DNA of 64,000 bases from Felis catus (Eukaryota). Below the pieces are notes generated by a model. The model worked only from the letters and a program-made list of their open reading frames with translations, searched no databases and had not been told where the DNA came from. Both the position numbers and the translations under genes were made by a program. This document shows, in pieces, positions 1-12,809 of the stretch (within the stretch, counting starts at the first letter, position 1; each line of letters opens with the position of its first letter). The stretch is from assembly GCF_018350175.1 (NCBI RefSeq), contig NC_058368.1:67396001-67460000 (forward strand), in the 5' to 3' direction.

Positions 1-445
1 CTTTATATATGCTCTCCCATGTAATCCTCATAACAAGACTATGATGTAGCTAACTCTTCAACTTTAGAGCTGAGGAAACTGAGGCAGAGACTCACAGAGC
101 CGCACAATGCCAGAGATGAGTGCTAAGCCCAGTCTGTCTCTAGACCTTTTGCTTTTAACTGTAAATTCACCTTATGGCACATCAGTCCAGAGGTATGGTT
201 ACTAAGGATGTATTTTGTGCATAACAGTATTCTGATAAAAAGTATATAAGGCCATTCAACAACAGTCTAGGTATTTAAAATTCTTCAACTTTCTGGATCT
301 CAGTAACAGATCGCTAAAATTAAAGTCACCACAGGAGTGTCATCTTAGGGCCTGTCAACCATCGGGACCCCACATTCTTCTGATGACTGGTGCACAGTTA
401 GGGAGGCCCGCCTTGCCTCCAACACTGGGATCCTGGTCCACTCAC

Positions 446-494
446 CTTTGGGTTCACTGACAGTGTTTAATGGTCTACTGGTAAACTCTTTAAT
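446..494 (-). CDS. DZIP1: DZIP1 coding exon (IKEFTSRPLNTVSEPK-G), 49 nt; gene continues beyond the window start
   Basis: Acceptor ttctttgcag|ATT, donor AAAG|gtgagt; resembles human IKDFTCNPLNSISEPKG; phase continues from the previous exon. Confidence 0.93.
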
Positions 495-939
495 CTGCAA
501 AGAAAAACAGTCTTCTAACGATTCATGTTTGAAACCGGATAGGGACATGCTAGATAATGGACAAGATAACTGTACTTAGCAAATTAACTTTTTTCATGAA
601 ATCCCCCAAAGACAAAGGACAAATGGACTTTAAAGACATGAAGGAAGTTTTATAGAAGCAGCATTTGGATTGGGCTTCTTCTCAAAGTAATCACGAAAAG
701 AAATTCTTCTCTTCAAATTTATTCTAAATTCCAGTTGAATAAATCTGCTTGCTCTTTACAGGTTTTTGAAAATGCCTTGAAAAAACTATTGGATGTGCTT
801 TTACAAACAACCATATGGAAGCAAATATCCTACCTCCTTTATCTTATCCAACTTACAAATGCTCTAAAATAAAACAAAATGTTCTTAGATAAATTGCGCT
901 ACTTAAGGAAAAACAGTGCCAATATACAGCCCCAAATAC

Positions 940-1080
940 CTGTTGTCTCTGCGTGATAATCAGTTCATTCTGTTCCTGGAGTCTCTGCCCTAGATCTTCT
1001 ATCCTTTTCTTGTAGAAAACATTACTTGCATTTAGATCGTCTATCATGGAGGTTCGAAGTTTCTCTATATGTGACAAGAG
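940..1080 (-). CDS. DZIP1: DZIP1 coding exon ([47 protein letters not shown]), 141 nt
   Basis: Poly-T ccag acceptor, CAG|gtattt donor; coiled-coil peptide recognised as DZIP1. Confidence 0.96.
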
Positions 1081-1904
1081 CTGGAAAAAAAAAAAATCAA
1101 GGCATCGGTCTGCAAACTGTATGTGAAATGTCTCCATTCTGCGGTTTGTATGTATACACCCTGTGGCTCTTTGCTGGCCTTAGGTTATCTGTGCACATCA
1201 AGTCACTGAATCCATCTCTGGGTACTGTATACCATGGCCTTGGCTATATGAGGGCTTCATCTCCGTTCCTGGGGAGCTTGTGACCCACGACACACAACAC
1301 TGATAGCGTGAACAGCTGTGTGCACCTGAGCACATCGCATGCAATACCACAGGAATGAGCACTGATAAAGGGTCAGGGCCCCCCCACCCCGCCCCACAGA
1401 GTGGCTGCAACCCAATGCGGTCCTGAACCCTCAGGCGTCCACATGTGCCTGGGGTGGAGAGTCCACCTTAATTATTCATATGTCCAATGATCAAGTACCA
1501 TCTCGGGCCCTCGGCAGGTTCCCAATAAATATTCGCTGAGAAAAGGAAGGTGGAAGGAGGGAGGAGCGTGGGAGGGACACAGAGAACAGAAAGATCCAAA
1601 GATTCATAAACAGATTCATCTTCAGAGATTTCATTTCAGGAAATGGAATCATATACTGGACATAAAAACCTTCAGGAAGAATTTGTTTTCAATAATTTAG
1701 GGAAAGATTATTAAAGCAATTTCACTACTCATTAAACAGAGGGGAAAAACACATGGGTCCTTGGAGCTAAGGACATTCCAAGCCTACACCCTGGAAATGG
1801 AGAAGGTTGTGTAGGCCAAGGAAAGGGGGCCGGTGAGTGTGCCTAGGAGAAATACAAAGAGCGTCTAAAGCAGCATTTCCCAACTTGCTTGGCTTTTTAA
1901 ATCA

Positions 1905-2260
1905 GGGGTTGAGGGTGGGATGAATAGACAGAGCACAGAGAATTTTTAGGGCAGTGAAACCATTCTGTATGATGCTATCACAGTGGCTACATGTCATTTG
2001 ACACTTGTCAAAATCTATAGAAATAGAAAGTGCGATACCAGGAGTAAACCCTAATGTGAACTATGGACTTCGGGTAACGATGATGTGTTAATGTAGGCCC
2101 AGCAATTCCAACACCGGTACCACCATGGTGCGGGATGTTGATAACGGGGGAGGCTGTGTGTATAGAGGGGGGAAGGGGTATTTGGGAACGTTCTGTGCTT
2201 TCTGCTCAGTGTTGCTGTGAACTTAAAACTGCTCTAAAAAAATCTAGTTACATTTAAAAC
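1905..2260 (+). mobile_element. Old L1M (L1MC-like) 3'UTR fragment
   Basis: gaaaccattctgtatgat...ccctaatgtgaactatggact...aaaactgctctaaaaa motifs. Confidence 0.7.
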
Positions 2261-4304
2261 AACAACAACAAGTTAATGCTCTCTCTCAATACATTGCAGG
2301 GTCTTCCCACTGAAGTGCTCTGTGCCCAGAGGAGGTGAGACAAGCACTGGGTTGAACCAAGTGGAAAAGGTTTCCTGAGTGACGATGAAGAAGAACCTTT
2401 CGTGTCCTAGCAGATGCCAAGAACCTCCCCCAGGAGAACACTGCCAACAACCTTCCCCACATTTTCTACAGACCATGAGGAGAGTGCCCCAAAGCAGTCT
2501 GGGAAATGCTGAGCTGGAAAATAGAAGGAAAAGCCAGTGAAAATGTCCAGGGGTCTGGGTAGGGGTTTCTGATCAACAACATGTAGAGTCCGTCCAGACT
2601 CCCAGAAGATGGAGACACAGGACAAGCTAAGGGTTGGCAACATTTTGATATCGGAATTGAGAATGGACTAGAAAAGCCCAGAAAAGAGTCTGCTGAGAGA
2701 ACAGTCTAAGCAAGGGACAGCCACAGATTATTTCAGAAAGTTGGAGCTCTTGAGCCCATTTCTTGTGACCTCCTACCATTCCAAGTACTATGCTCTTTTC
2801 TCTACCAGAACACAGTACTCTGTCCTCCTTTCCTTTTGTTATGTGACCACCATACAACCTCCCAAGCTCTACAGTCTTCTGTCAGGTCAAAAGCGCATGC
2901 CATCGTTTATCTGTGACTCCCTTTGAACTCCTACCAATGTTATTTAAAAAAAAAAAAAAACAAAGAGCTGCCAAGAGGCCTAGGTAAAGCAATAAAAAGT
3001 TGGCAATCACAACTTCCCTTAAACAGAGAAATACAATATGTGCATTGTAGGAACAGTAGGCAGCAATCATGTGGAATAATTAATAGTTAGGTCTCAGGCA
3101 GAGATTACTAAACCTGATTGAATTCTCCCCTCTGTTAGGGTTTAAGAGAAGTTAAGGAAGGAGAAAAGCAGCTTCTGAACAAGCAAAACCAACAGACAAT
3201 GGAGCAGCGTAGCCTAGCGGCAACACAGACACTCCACACTCCCAATACTTGGGGCAGCTCAGCCGACTCGGAACCAGGGAAGGCCTCTCCTCCCTCCACC
3301 AAACCACCAACAGTCCATCTTTCCATCACGCCTCGCAGTGGCCAAGAGTACAACTCTGCAACCTGCACTCTATTCTGGCCGGAGGGCCACCGGAACTCCT
3401 GCAACAGTCTGGAGTACAGGAGGCTTTAAAGGAGCAAGGACTAAACATCATCCCCATTCGTAAGGAGGCCTGAATTCTGTCCCTAGATACCAACGCTGTA
3501 AGACGTCCTGAAGGACAAGAGTTGAACCTCAAATCATAAGAGCAGTTGTTCAAACCATGGATCCAAAACAGAAACCATCCTAGACTAAATCAGAATCTCA
3601 CTGAGTGGAGCTGGGCAAGAGTATTTTGGGAAAGAGCCTCTGGTCATGCTGAAGTGCGTCCTGGCTAGGAACTACTACTACCTTAGAGCATCTTGAAGGG
3701 AAGCTAGGACATTCTCCCAGAAAAGCAACCGCTCTAAGTTGTCACTGCCTCTTCTCTCAAGCTGGCTCAGTGCCTGAAGCATGACAGGTGAGCAGGGCAA
3801 CAAGGTAGACCAGCATGGCCTTGAGTTTAAGGGGGCCCGGGTTCATACCAGGGGCCTGTGCTCATACCAACAGATGACTCTTTCAACCCTGCTCTTCTGA
3901 CCCCTCCAATCAGCATTCCTCCCTCCATAACAAGGTTGAATGATCTCCTTGTTGGCCGACTAGCAACCTTCCACATTCATTCGGCAAATATTTAATGAAT
4001 GCCAATCACACTTTAGGTTAGTCAACGCTGGGAATACAACAGAGAACCAGATAGACAGAGTCCCTCCCTCGCAGGGTTAGTGATCCGATCAGAGACAGTA
4101 AACAAGTGAATAAATAATCTAACTATGTGAAACAGCAATCAGAGTTACACTTGTGACATGATGGGAACCGTAAGGGAGGAGGCTACCTACTTAGATGGTG
4201 TCAGATGACTTGTAAGCCAAGGCCAGAGGGGGCTGAATTCTAAATGGTCCTCAGGTTTGTACCCCCAGACTACACGCCCTGCGTAAAACCTTTCTCTTGG
4301 TGGA

Positions 4305-4666
4305 GTTATGAACTGAATGTTTGTGCACCCCTCTGCCCCTCCATTCCTGTGTCGAAGCTCTAATCCCCCACGTGATGTATTAGGAGGTGGGGCCTTTGGG
4401 AGGTGATTAGGTTTGGATGAATTAGGGTAGGGTCCTCATGATGGGATTAGTGCTCTTAAGAGAAACCAGAGAGCTTTCTCTTGCTCTCTCCCTGCCCCGT
4501 GAAAACACAGCGACAAGGCATCTGCAACAGGGCTCTTACTAGGAACTGAGCCGGCCCCCTGACTGTGCAACTTCTCAGCCTCCAGAACAATGAGAAATAA
4601 ACGTCCCTTGTTTAAAGCCACCCAGTCTATGGTATTTTGTTATAGCAGCAAGAGCAGACTCGAAGA
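4305..4666 (+). mobile_element. MaLR LTR (MLT1A-like)
   Basis: ggaggtggggcctttgggaggtgattagg...ccacccagtctatggtattttgttatagcagc; a second 3' end of the same type at about 5935-6048. Confidence 0.8.
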
Positions 4667-4758
4667 TATGGGCTGGTTGGAGTCTGAGATGTGCTTCTAA
4701 CCAACACAAGACAGCAAACGTGAAGAGACTTAGCAGATACATTTAAAGCCCCCAGTCT

Positions 4759-4980
4759 GGGGCGCCTGGGTGGCTCAGCAGGTTAAGCGTCCGACTTTGG
4801 GTCAGGCCATGATCGTGAGCATGGCTCATTAGTTTGAGCCCCACGTTGGGCTCTATGCTCACAGCTCAGAGCCTGGAGCTTGCTTTGGATTCTGTGTCTC
4901 CCTCTCTCTCTGCCCCTCCTCTGCTCAGGCTCTCTCTGTCTCTCTCTCAAGAATCAACATTAAAACAAATTTTTTTTTTA
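4759..4980 (+). mobile_element. SINEC (carnivore tRNA-derived SINE)
   Basis: ggggcgcctgggtggctcag head, (CT)n tract, A-rich tail. Confidence 0.9.
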
Positions 4981-6244
4981 AGTCCCTAATCTGCTGACTC
5001 TGAGTTAATGCAAAGGGAGATTACCCTGCACGGGCCTTAGTCAGGCAAGCGCCTCTCTCCTGCTGGCCTTGAAGAAGTCAACAGCTTGGTAGTGAGCTGT
5101 GGAACTAAGGGTCCTGATCCTACTGTTAACCCTAAGGAGCTTCATATTGCCAATAACCTGAACGGGCCTGGAATGACCCTGAGCCCCAGATGAGAAAGCA
5201 GCCAAGTCCACGTCCCGAATGCAGCTGTGAGACTCCGAGCACGGGACACCACCAGGCATGTGCTCACGGACACTCGGAGAAGACGAATTGCTGGTAATTT
5301 GCTACGAGGCACAGAACACTAATACAGAGGGGAAGGACAGCCACGTGAAGAGCAAATGGAAGGATGTCCTGGAAGCAAAGAGCTTGTGTGAAGAGAAAAA
5401 GGCTGGCATGTTCTACAAGTGTCCCGAAGGCGATTGCGGTCAGAAAGCACAGAAAGCACAAGAAAGGTTCGGAGAAAGGATCCGGGATGAGGTGGCAGGT
5501 GGTGGCCAGCAGCCAGATGGTCTTGTCTGCTCCTTGGAGAGCACACTGGGAAAAGGGAAGGTTGGAACTGGGAGACCAGTTACAGGGTCCTATTCGAAAT
5601 GGCGGGGGCTCGGTGGAGGGTAGGAGCAATGGAAATGGACAGAAGAACGTGGATATGAGACATGCGGCAGGCCCTGCTGATACCCCCGCGCTGGGTGCTG
5701 AGGGAGACACGGGCTCAAGGCGTGCTCCTGACTGCTCAGACCAGGATGCCACCAAACAACAGAAAACCACATCTGGGGACGAGCCCGAGCACCTCATCTG
5801 AGACATACGACACCTGGGAAGCCCGAGGAGATACCAAGTACAAAGCTGGCTATCTCATCCGGAGCTCAGAGGGTAGTTTAGGCTGGAGAAATCAACATGG
5901 GCTTTACACCTACACACAGCCACGACCTCACTTTAACAAACTCTCTGCTCAATCCCTAGAGCCCCAGAACTATGAGAAATAAATATCTGTTGTTTGTAAG
6001 CCACCCAGTCTACCGTATTTTGTTATAGCAGCCGAGCCGACTAAGACACAGCAGACATAGGGCTACAACGTACATATGAAGTGAAAAGATACATCCAAGT
6101 TTTCCTGTCTCAAATAAAAGTACTTTAGATTTTCTGCACCAGTGCAATAATGCTTAAATTTGGGATGTACTCAGTTGAAAGGCAGTATTATAATCAAACT
6201 GTTTTCACTAAAATGGAAGAATTGCTCACATTAAATTATCTTTA

Positions 6245-6465
6245 TTTTTTTTTAATTTTTTTAATGTTTATTTATTTTTGAGACGGAGAGAGACAGAGCA
6301 TGAACAGGGGAGGGGCAGAGAGAGAGGGAGACACAGAATCCGAAACGGGCTCCAGGCTCTGAGCTGTCAGCACAGAGCCCAACGCGGGGCTTGAACTCAC
6401 GGACCGTGAGATCATGACCTGAGCTGAAGTCGGACACTCAACCGACTGAGCCACCCAGGCGCCCC
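6245..6465 (-). mobile_element. SINEC_Fc-like
   Basis: Canonical body; TSD acattaaattatcttta on both sides. Confidence 0.92.
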
Positions 6466-6654
6466 ACATTAAATTATCTTTAATAAAATTAAAGATTATT
6501 TAGACTACTGACGTGCAATGTGAAAAAATCAGAAACGATGGGTTCAGCAATAAAGGAATGATTAATAATAACTTACGATACATCTACAAGATCATTCTAT
6601 AGCCATTAAAAAAATTATGATTTTGAAGAATATTTTTAAAAACACAAGAATACT

Positions 6655-6862
6655 GGGGAGGCTGGGTGGCTCAGTTGGTTGAGACTTTGGCTCAGGTCAT
6701 GATTTTATGGTTCATGGGTTTGAGCCCCACATCAGGCTCTGTGCTGACAGTGCAGAGCCTGGAGCCTGTTTCAGACTCTGTGTCTCCCTCTCTCTCTGCC
6801 CCTCCTCTGCTCGTTCTCTGTCTCTCTTTCTCTCTCAAAAGCAAATAAACAATTAAAAAAAA
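6655..6862 (+). mobile_element. SINEC_Fc-like
   Basis: Head, (CT)n tract and A-rich tail. Confidence 0.88.
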
Positions 6863-7225
6863 CACACACACAAGAATGTTAAAAAAACAACAAATCCCCA
6901 AAAAGCCAGAAGAAAGTTTACAATCTATTAAGTGAGAAGCGTACACAGTGATAAAACATGATTCAAAATTTGTAAGACCCTAAGTATGGGTTTCAGAACG
7001 TACAGAAATGCTACATTTATGGCACAGAAAACAGACCAAAAGAAGTTACAACAAAGTAGTTAGCAGTGGTTATCGTTGGTGTAGAAATTATAAGTAATTT
7101 TCATTTCTGTCACACATTTCTCCATAAAATTTGTTAAGTAGACAAACACTACCTTTGCCGTAGAGAAAAAACATATATTCTTTAAAAAAATGACCCACCG
7201 ACAGACCCTGGCTTCTTAGTCTTAC

Positions 7226-7288
7226 CCGACCCTTCTCTTTCTTGTGTTCTTGGTGAAGAGCTTGAACTCGGGCGGTCCACTTGCTTTC
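7226..7288 (-). CDS. DZIP1: DZIP1 coding exon (ESKWTARVQALHQEHKKEKGR), 63 nt
   Basis: Acceptor tgtgtcatag|GAA, donor CGG|gtaaga; translated by hand; too short for the ORF track. Confidence 0.95.
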
Positions 7289-7477
7289 CTATGACACAGT
7301 AAAACAACAATAATTTATGTGCAATAAAATTGACTCAAAATGGAAGCTTCCTTTGTAGTGAGTACCTCTGGAACCCAACTACCTACTTGGTAAAATTTTA
7401 GCAAGCATTTTTTAGATTATAGACGCTCAAAAGTGTCTAAATACATTTGCACGTGGTTATCATCTTAAACTCTAAGG

Positions 7478-7650
7478 CAGGGGTCAGCAAACATTTTCTC
7501 TTAAGGGACTAATAGTAAATATTTTAGGCTCTGGGGCCAAAGGACTCAGTCACCACTACCAGCAGTAGGAGAATATCCACTAGATAATACATAAATGGGT
7601 GGGCATAGCTGTGTTCCAATAAAATTTTGTTTTCAAAAATAGGTGCTAGT
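7478..7650 (+). mobile_element. hAT DNA transposon (MER58A-like)
   Basis: caggggtcagcaaac start; agctgtgttccaataaaatttt motif. Confidence 0.65.
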
Positions 7651-7687
7651 TTGGCAGTCGAAGGAGCTAAAAGGAAACACCAGGGTT

Positions 7688-7905
7688 TCTTTTTTTTTTT
7701 TTTTTTTAATGTTTATTTATTTATCTTTAAGAGAGAGAGAGTGCAAGATGGGGAGGGGCAGAGAAAGTGGGAGGGAGACAGAGAATCCGAAGTTGGCTCT
7801 GTGCTATCAGCACAAAGCCCAATGCAGGGCTTGAACCCACGAACTGTGAGATCATGACCTGAGCCGAAGTCAGGTACTCAACCGACTGAGTCTCCCAGGT
7901 GCCCC
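7688..7905 (-). mobile_element. SINEC
   Basis: Poly-T tail on the left, ccaggtgcccc head on the right. Confidence 0.9.
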
Positions 7906-8689
7906 AAGAACACGAAGGCTTCTGAGGCCTTGGGTTCTGACCTGACAACACAGCTCACAGGAAGGAAACAAAAGAATTTTAGGTGGGACTTTGGGATTCA
8001 TAATTGCTCCTTCAATTCCTGAGCCCACCTCACAGGGAGCAACTGTCAACAGTTCAATACAAGACACAATTCGCGGTCCCCTACCACATGCCAGGGGCCT
8101 CGCTGGGCTGTCGTGGCCAGCTGGGCGAGGACTGAGGGACACACTCTGCCTTGAATAGGAGGAAAGTGGACCTAACAATAGACAGCCCCCCCATAATGTG
8201 CATGTGAGCGACCTTCTCAGGACCTTTGCTTGAGGGAACTACCCAGATGCAATAGCCCAAAGGTCCAGGACAACTCTCTAGAAGAGGTGCTGCCCATCTG
8301 AAGAATTAAGCCGCAGGTCCTGAAAACTGAGAGGTGTGTGACAAAGAAAGCCACAAGGGCAAAAGCAGAACCACAGAATGCTGTCTCCTGGGACCCATGA
8401 GCCGTTTGGTGCAGCTGGGAGCGTTGAGGTAAAGCCGAGAACAGTGTGGGATACCACAGGGTCCAGATCCTCAGGGACTCTGGCTGCTGGTTAAGGATTC
8501 CAGACTTGGCTCTGTGAAGAATGGGGAGCCGTGGGAGGATAAGACAGGACAGTGACATGGCCAGCCTGGCTGCACAGTGGAAGGCCAATGGCCGGGGAGA
8601 GAGGCAAGACGTGAGCAGCAACATAAGAAACAGTGGCAGTGGTCTGTATTCCAAAAATACACTTACTTTTTAAAATGATATGTATATAT

Positions 8690-9678
8690 TTTTTAATATA
8701 ATTTATTGTCAAGTTGGCTAACACACGGTGTGTATGGTGTACTCCTGGTTGGGGAGGTAGATTCTCGTGGTTCATCGCTTACATACAACACCCAGTGCTC
8801 ATCCCAACCAGTGCTCTCCTCAATGCCCATCACCCATTTTCTCCTCTCCCCCATCAACCCTCAGTTTGTTCTCTATATTTAATAGTCTCTTATGGTTTGC
8901 CTCCCTCTCTGTTTGTAACTATTTTTTTCCCCTTCCCTTCCCCTATGGTCTTCTGTTAAGTTTCTCAAGTTCCACACATGAGTGAAAACATATATCTGTC
9001 TTTCTCTGACTGACTTATTTCACTTAGCATAATGCCCTCCACTTCTATCCATGTTGCTGCCAATGGCCAGATTTCATTCTTTATTATTGCCAAGTAGTAT
9101 TCCATTGTATATATAAACCACATCTCTATCCATTCATCAGTTGATGGACATTTGGGCTCTTTCCATAATTTGGCTATTGTTGAAAGCGCTGCTATAAACA
9201 TTGGGGTACACAAGCCCTTATGCATCAGCACTCCTGTATCCTTTGGATAAATTCCTAGTAGTGCTATTGCTGGGTCGTAGGGCAGTTCTATTTTTAATTT
9301 TTTGAGGAACCTCCACACTGTTTTCCAGAGCAGCTGCACCAGTTTGCGTTCCCACCAACAATGCAAGAGAGTTCCGTTTCTCCACATCCTCACCAGCATC
9401 TGTTGTTTCCTGAATTGTTAATTTTAGCCACTCTGACTGGTATGAGGTGGTATCTCAATGTGGTTTTGATTTGTATTTCCCTGATGATAAGTGATGTTTA
9501 GCATCTTTTCATGTGTCTGTTGGCCATCTGGATGTCTTCTTTGGAGAAGTGTCTATTCACGTGTTTTGCCCATTTCTTCACTGGATTATTTGTTTGTCGG
9601 GTGTTGAGTTTGGTAAATTCTTTATAGTTTTTGGATACTAATCCTTTATCCAATATGTCATTTGCAAATATTTTTTTC
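8690..9678 (-). mobile_element. Carnivore L1, 5'-truncated (ORF2 C-terminus and 3'UTR)
   Basis: ORF 8965..9399 has [38 protein letters not shown] of L1 ORF2. Confidence 0.95.
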
Positions 9679-10229
9679 AACAAAATCCTAACTTCATAAA
9701 CTTTAATCTCCATTTGTTTCCTGGTAAAAAGCAATGTTCCCCTAAACCAGGAGGGCGGAAATTGCCAGAATGACAACTGTGCTGATTATGGACGCCACTT
9801 TCCACATGACTGTAATTAGGTTTCATAAATGAAGAAGACCATCAGTACAGCAATGCAGCCAGATATTTCAGCTCTAAAAGTAAAGTTAGTGCTTCATTAT
9901 GCCTTTCTAGGCCTTTTGACAGCAGGGACCTACCTCTGAAATACGAAAAATAAACTCTAAGGTAATCCCACACAATTCAAGTTGATACTGTGTTAGTCAA
10001 AAATGAAACAGTTTTGCCAACCAGTCTATATCTGCATCTGTTAGTCAATCAACAAGCATCTAATGAACGGCTATGATTAATTATATGTGTATTAGGAGAC
10101 AAGAAGAAAAGAACTAGCTTCATGGTCACGGGAAGAGACAAACCCTTTTTTTGTAGGAAATGCTTGCTGTAAACTGCTTCAGGAAGAAAAATCAGGCCCC
10201 GGCTGCAGTTACTGGCCACTGGCACATAC

Positions 10230-10367
10230 CTGACTATCAAGAAGTTGCATCACATTCTGGAAATCCTGGGGATACTGAGGACGTTCTTCTTTAAACTCAC
10301 GTGCGTCTTTTAACGTGCCAATATTGGACTTGATCTGCATGTTGGACTTCTGGATTTCTGACAATTG
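10230..10367 (-). CDS. DZIP1: DZIP1 coding exon ([46 protein letters not shown]), 138 nt
   Basis: Acceptor ctttcatag|CAA, donor CAG|gtatgt; phase 0-0; matches DZIP1. Confidence 0.95.
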
Positions 10368-10461
10368 CTATGAAAGAAGATAAATGCAAACTCACTGGTG
10401 CAGATGTTTATACTTTCAAAAGACTGAACACAAATAAAATTGGGGAACATGTAGCCACTTT

Positions 10462-10506
10462 TATTTTCCTTTAATTTTTTTTAATGTTTATTTATTATTT
10501 TTTTTC

Positions 10507-10537
<31 letters not shown>

Positions 10538-10700
10538 GGGCAGAGGAGGGGCAGAGAGAGGGAGACACAGAATCTGAAGCAGGCTCCAGACTCCACATTG
10601 TCAGCACAGAGCCTGACGTGGGGCTCGAACTCAAGGACTGTGAGATCATGATCTGAGCCGAAGTCGGATGCTTAACTGACTGAGCCACCCAGGCGCCCCA
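10462..10700 (-). mobile_element. SINEC_Fc-like
   Basis: Canonical body; degenerate TSD aacatgtagccac/aacatgcagccac. Confidence 0.9.
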
Positions 10701-10994
10701 ACATGCAGCCACGTTTAAATCCGACTATCCTTACCAGATGCTTGTTGTGCTTTCTCCTTCTCCCACCTACTGGTTTTCCGGTTTTCTTTCTGCTGCTCTC
10801 CAGTTTTTCCAACAGCATATGTACGGGGTGATTGCAACAGAAAGGACAACCTAACTCTCTAATCTTATACAATGGGTCTTAAAATTTCTGATGGGCGCAC
10901 AACAGTGTCCAGGAACAGAAGAACTGCGTGCAGCTGATTCTCATGATTATTTCTTTTTATTTTTTTACTTATTTGTATTCCTAATATAAATACA

Positions 10995-11233
10995 ATTTTT
11001 TAATGTTTATTTATTTACTTATTTATTTATTTTGAGAGAGGCGGTGAAGGCGGGGGGGGGGGGGCATGTGCAGGGGAGAGGCAGAGAGAGAGAGGGAGAT
11101 AGAGAATCCCAAGCAGGCTCCGCCCTGTCAGCATGGAGCTCGATGCGGGGCTCGAACTCATGCACTGTGAGATCATAACCTGAGCCGAAACCAAGAGTCA
11201 GATGCTTGACTGACTGAGCCAGCCAGGTGCCCA
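10995..11233 (-). mobile_element. SINEC
   Basis: Canonical body and tail. Confidence 0.88.
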
Positions 11234-11339
11234 GGTTCTCATGACAATTGAGTGGTGAGGCCACCATCATCCTGCAACTGTATCCGTGAACCCATGAGGG
11301 ACAACATGTTTTAATTTTACCTATTGCTTGTTATGTTAT

Positions 11340-12070
11340 TCCTAAAGTTAGCAGCGGTAAAAAACCCTCAGAAAAATCACAGAAGGTAATACGTTAACCG
11401 AAGAAACAAAAGGGTGGGGAGCATCGCTCCCCTGCTTAAATCTGGGCTGAACACAGCCACTTCTTTTCAAAGAGTACAGTGTGAAATTGGTGGAGGCTGA
11501 CTTCTCAGCAGAGAAACTTGACCGACACAACCTGAGCCGGGTGATCAAGGTCAACACCAACAACCATTAATCATGAAGAGAGTATTAGCCTTGAGATGAT
11601 GTGATGAAAACTGTAACTTTATCACTGAGGGTTTCATCCCCCAAACCCGTAAGCCCAGTCTAACCAAGAGAAGACTCCTGGGTGAATTCCAGTAGAGGGG
11701 CGTCCTACTGACAGGTAAGGTACTCCTCAAAATTGTCCAGGTCACTGAAAACAAGTCAGAGAAAATGTCTCAGACAAGCTAAGGAGGTGTGACAACTAAA
11801 TATCATGTGGTATCCTGGAGAGGACCCTGGAGCAGAAAAGTGACGTTAGGTAAAAGCTAAAGAAGTGGAACCACAGTATGGAGTTTAATTAATACTAATA
11901 TATCAGTATTGGCTCATCAACCATAACAAATGTACCAGACTAAGTTGTCAGTAAGATGGAAAACTGTACAGGGTAGGAGAGGGGGGTGTTACATGAAATC
12001 TTCTGTACTGGATGCTCAATTTTTCTGTAAGCTTAACTATTCTAAAAAATGAAGTCTATTATAAATAATA
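11340..12070 (+). mobile_element. Old L1M (L1MC-like) 3'UTR fragment
   Basis: acctgagccgggtgatcaaggtcaaca...aagcccagtctaaccaagag...gtggtatcctgga motifs. Confidence 0.7.
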
Positions 12071-12075
12071 ATTTT

Positions 12076-12288
12076 AGGGGCACTTGGATGGCTCAGTCAG
12101 TTAAGCATCCAACTCCTGGTTTCCACTCAGTTCATGATCTCTCAGTTCATGAGTTTGAGCCCTGTGTCGGGCTCTGGGCTGGCAGTACGGAGCCCGCTTG
12201 GGATTCTCTCTCTCTGCCCCTCCCCCACTCACACTGTTTCTGTCCCTCTCAAAATACATAAATAAACTTAAAAAATAATAATAATTTT
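12076..12288 (+). mobile_element. SINEC
   Basis: Canonical body; TSD aaataataatttta. Confidence 0.88.
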
Positions 12289-12370
12289 AAAAACCATCTA
12301 TAGCTAAAAATGGGTAAACAACCCACATGTTGTCAACTGATGAACAGACAAATGAAATACGATATTCATG

Positions 12371-12664
12371 GTTGTTGGCGAGGATGTGGAGAAAGAGGAT
12401 CTCTTTTGCATTGTTGGTGGGAATGCAAGCTGGTGCAGCCACTCTGGAAAACAGTATGGAGGTTCCTCAAAAAACCAAAAATAGAACTCCCTTATGACCC
12501 AGCAATTGCACTACTAGGCATCTATCCATGGGATACAGGTGTGCTGTTTCGAAGGGACACATGCACCCCAATGTTTACAGCAGCACTATCAACAATAGTC
12601 AAAGTATGGAAAGAGCCCAAATGTCCATCAATGGATGAATGGATAAAGAAAATGTGGTGTGTAT

Positions 12665-12707
<43 letters not shown>

Positions 12708-12747
12708 TATATATATATAATATATATATATATATAATATATATATA

Positions 12748-12809
<62 letters not shown>

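Noticed and set aside
345..445. Open frame continuing past the exon 446-494 donor (GEWTRIPVLEARR...)
   Set aside because: A strong AAG|gtgagt donor is present and 33 open codons are expected by chance; nothing else supports a terminal exon.
4759..4830. tRNA-like A/B-box sequence as a tRNA gene
   Set aside because: It is the tRNA-derived head of a SINEC, followed by (CT)n and an A-rich tail.
5258..5982. Overlapping ORFs of 100-180 aa on both strands
   Set aside because: They lie in decayed L2/MaLR-like intronic sequence, show no recognisable domain, and most start at non-ATG codons.
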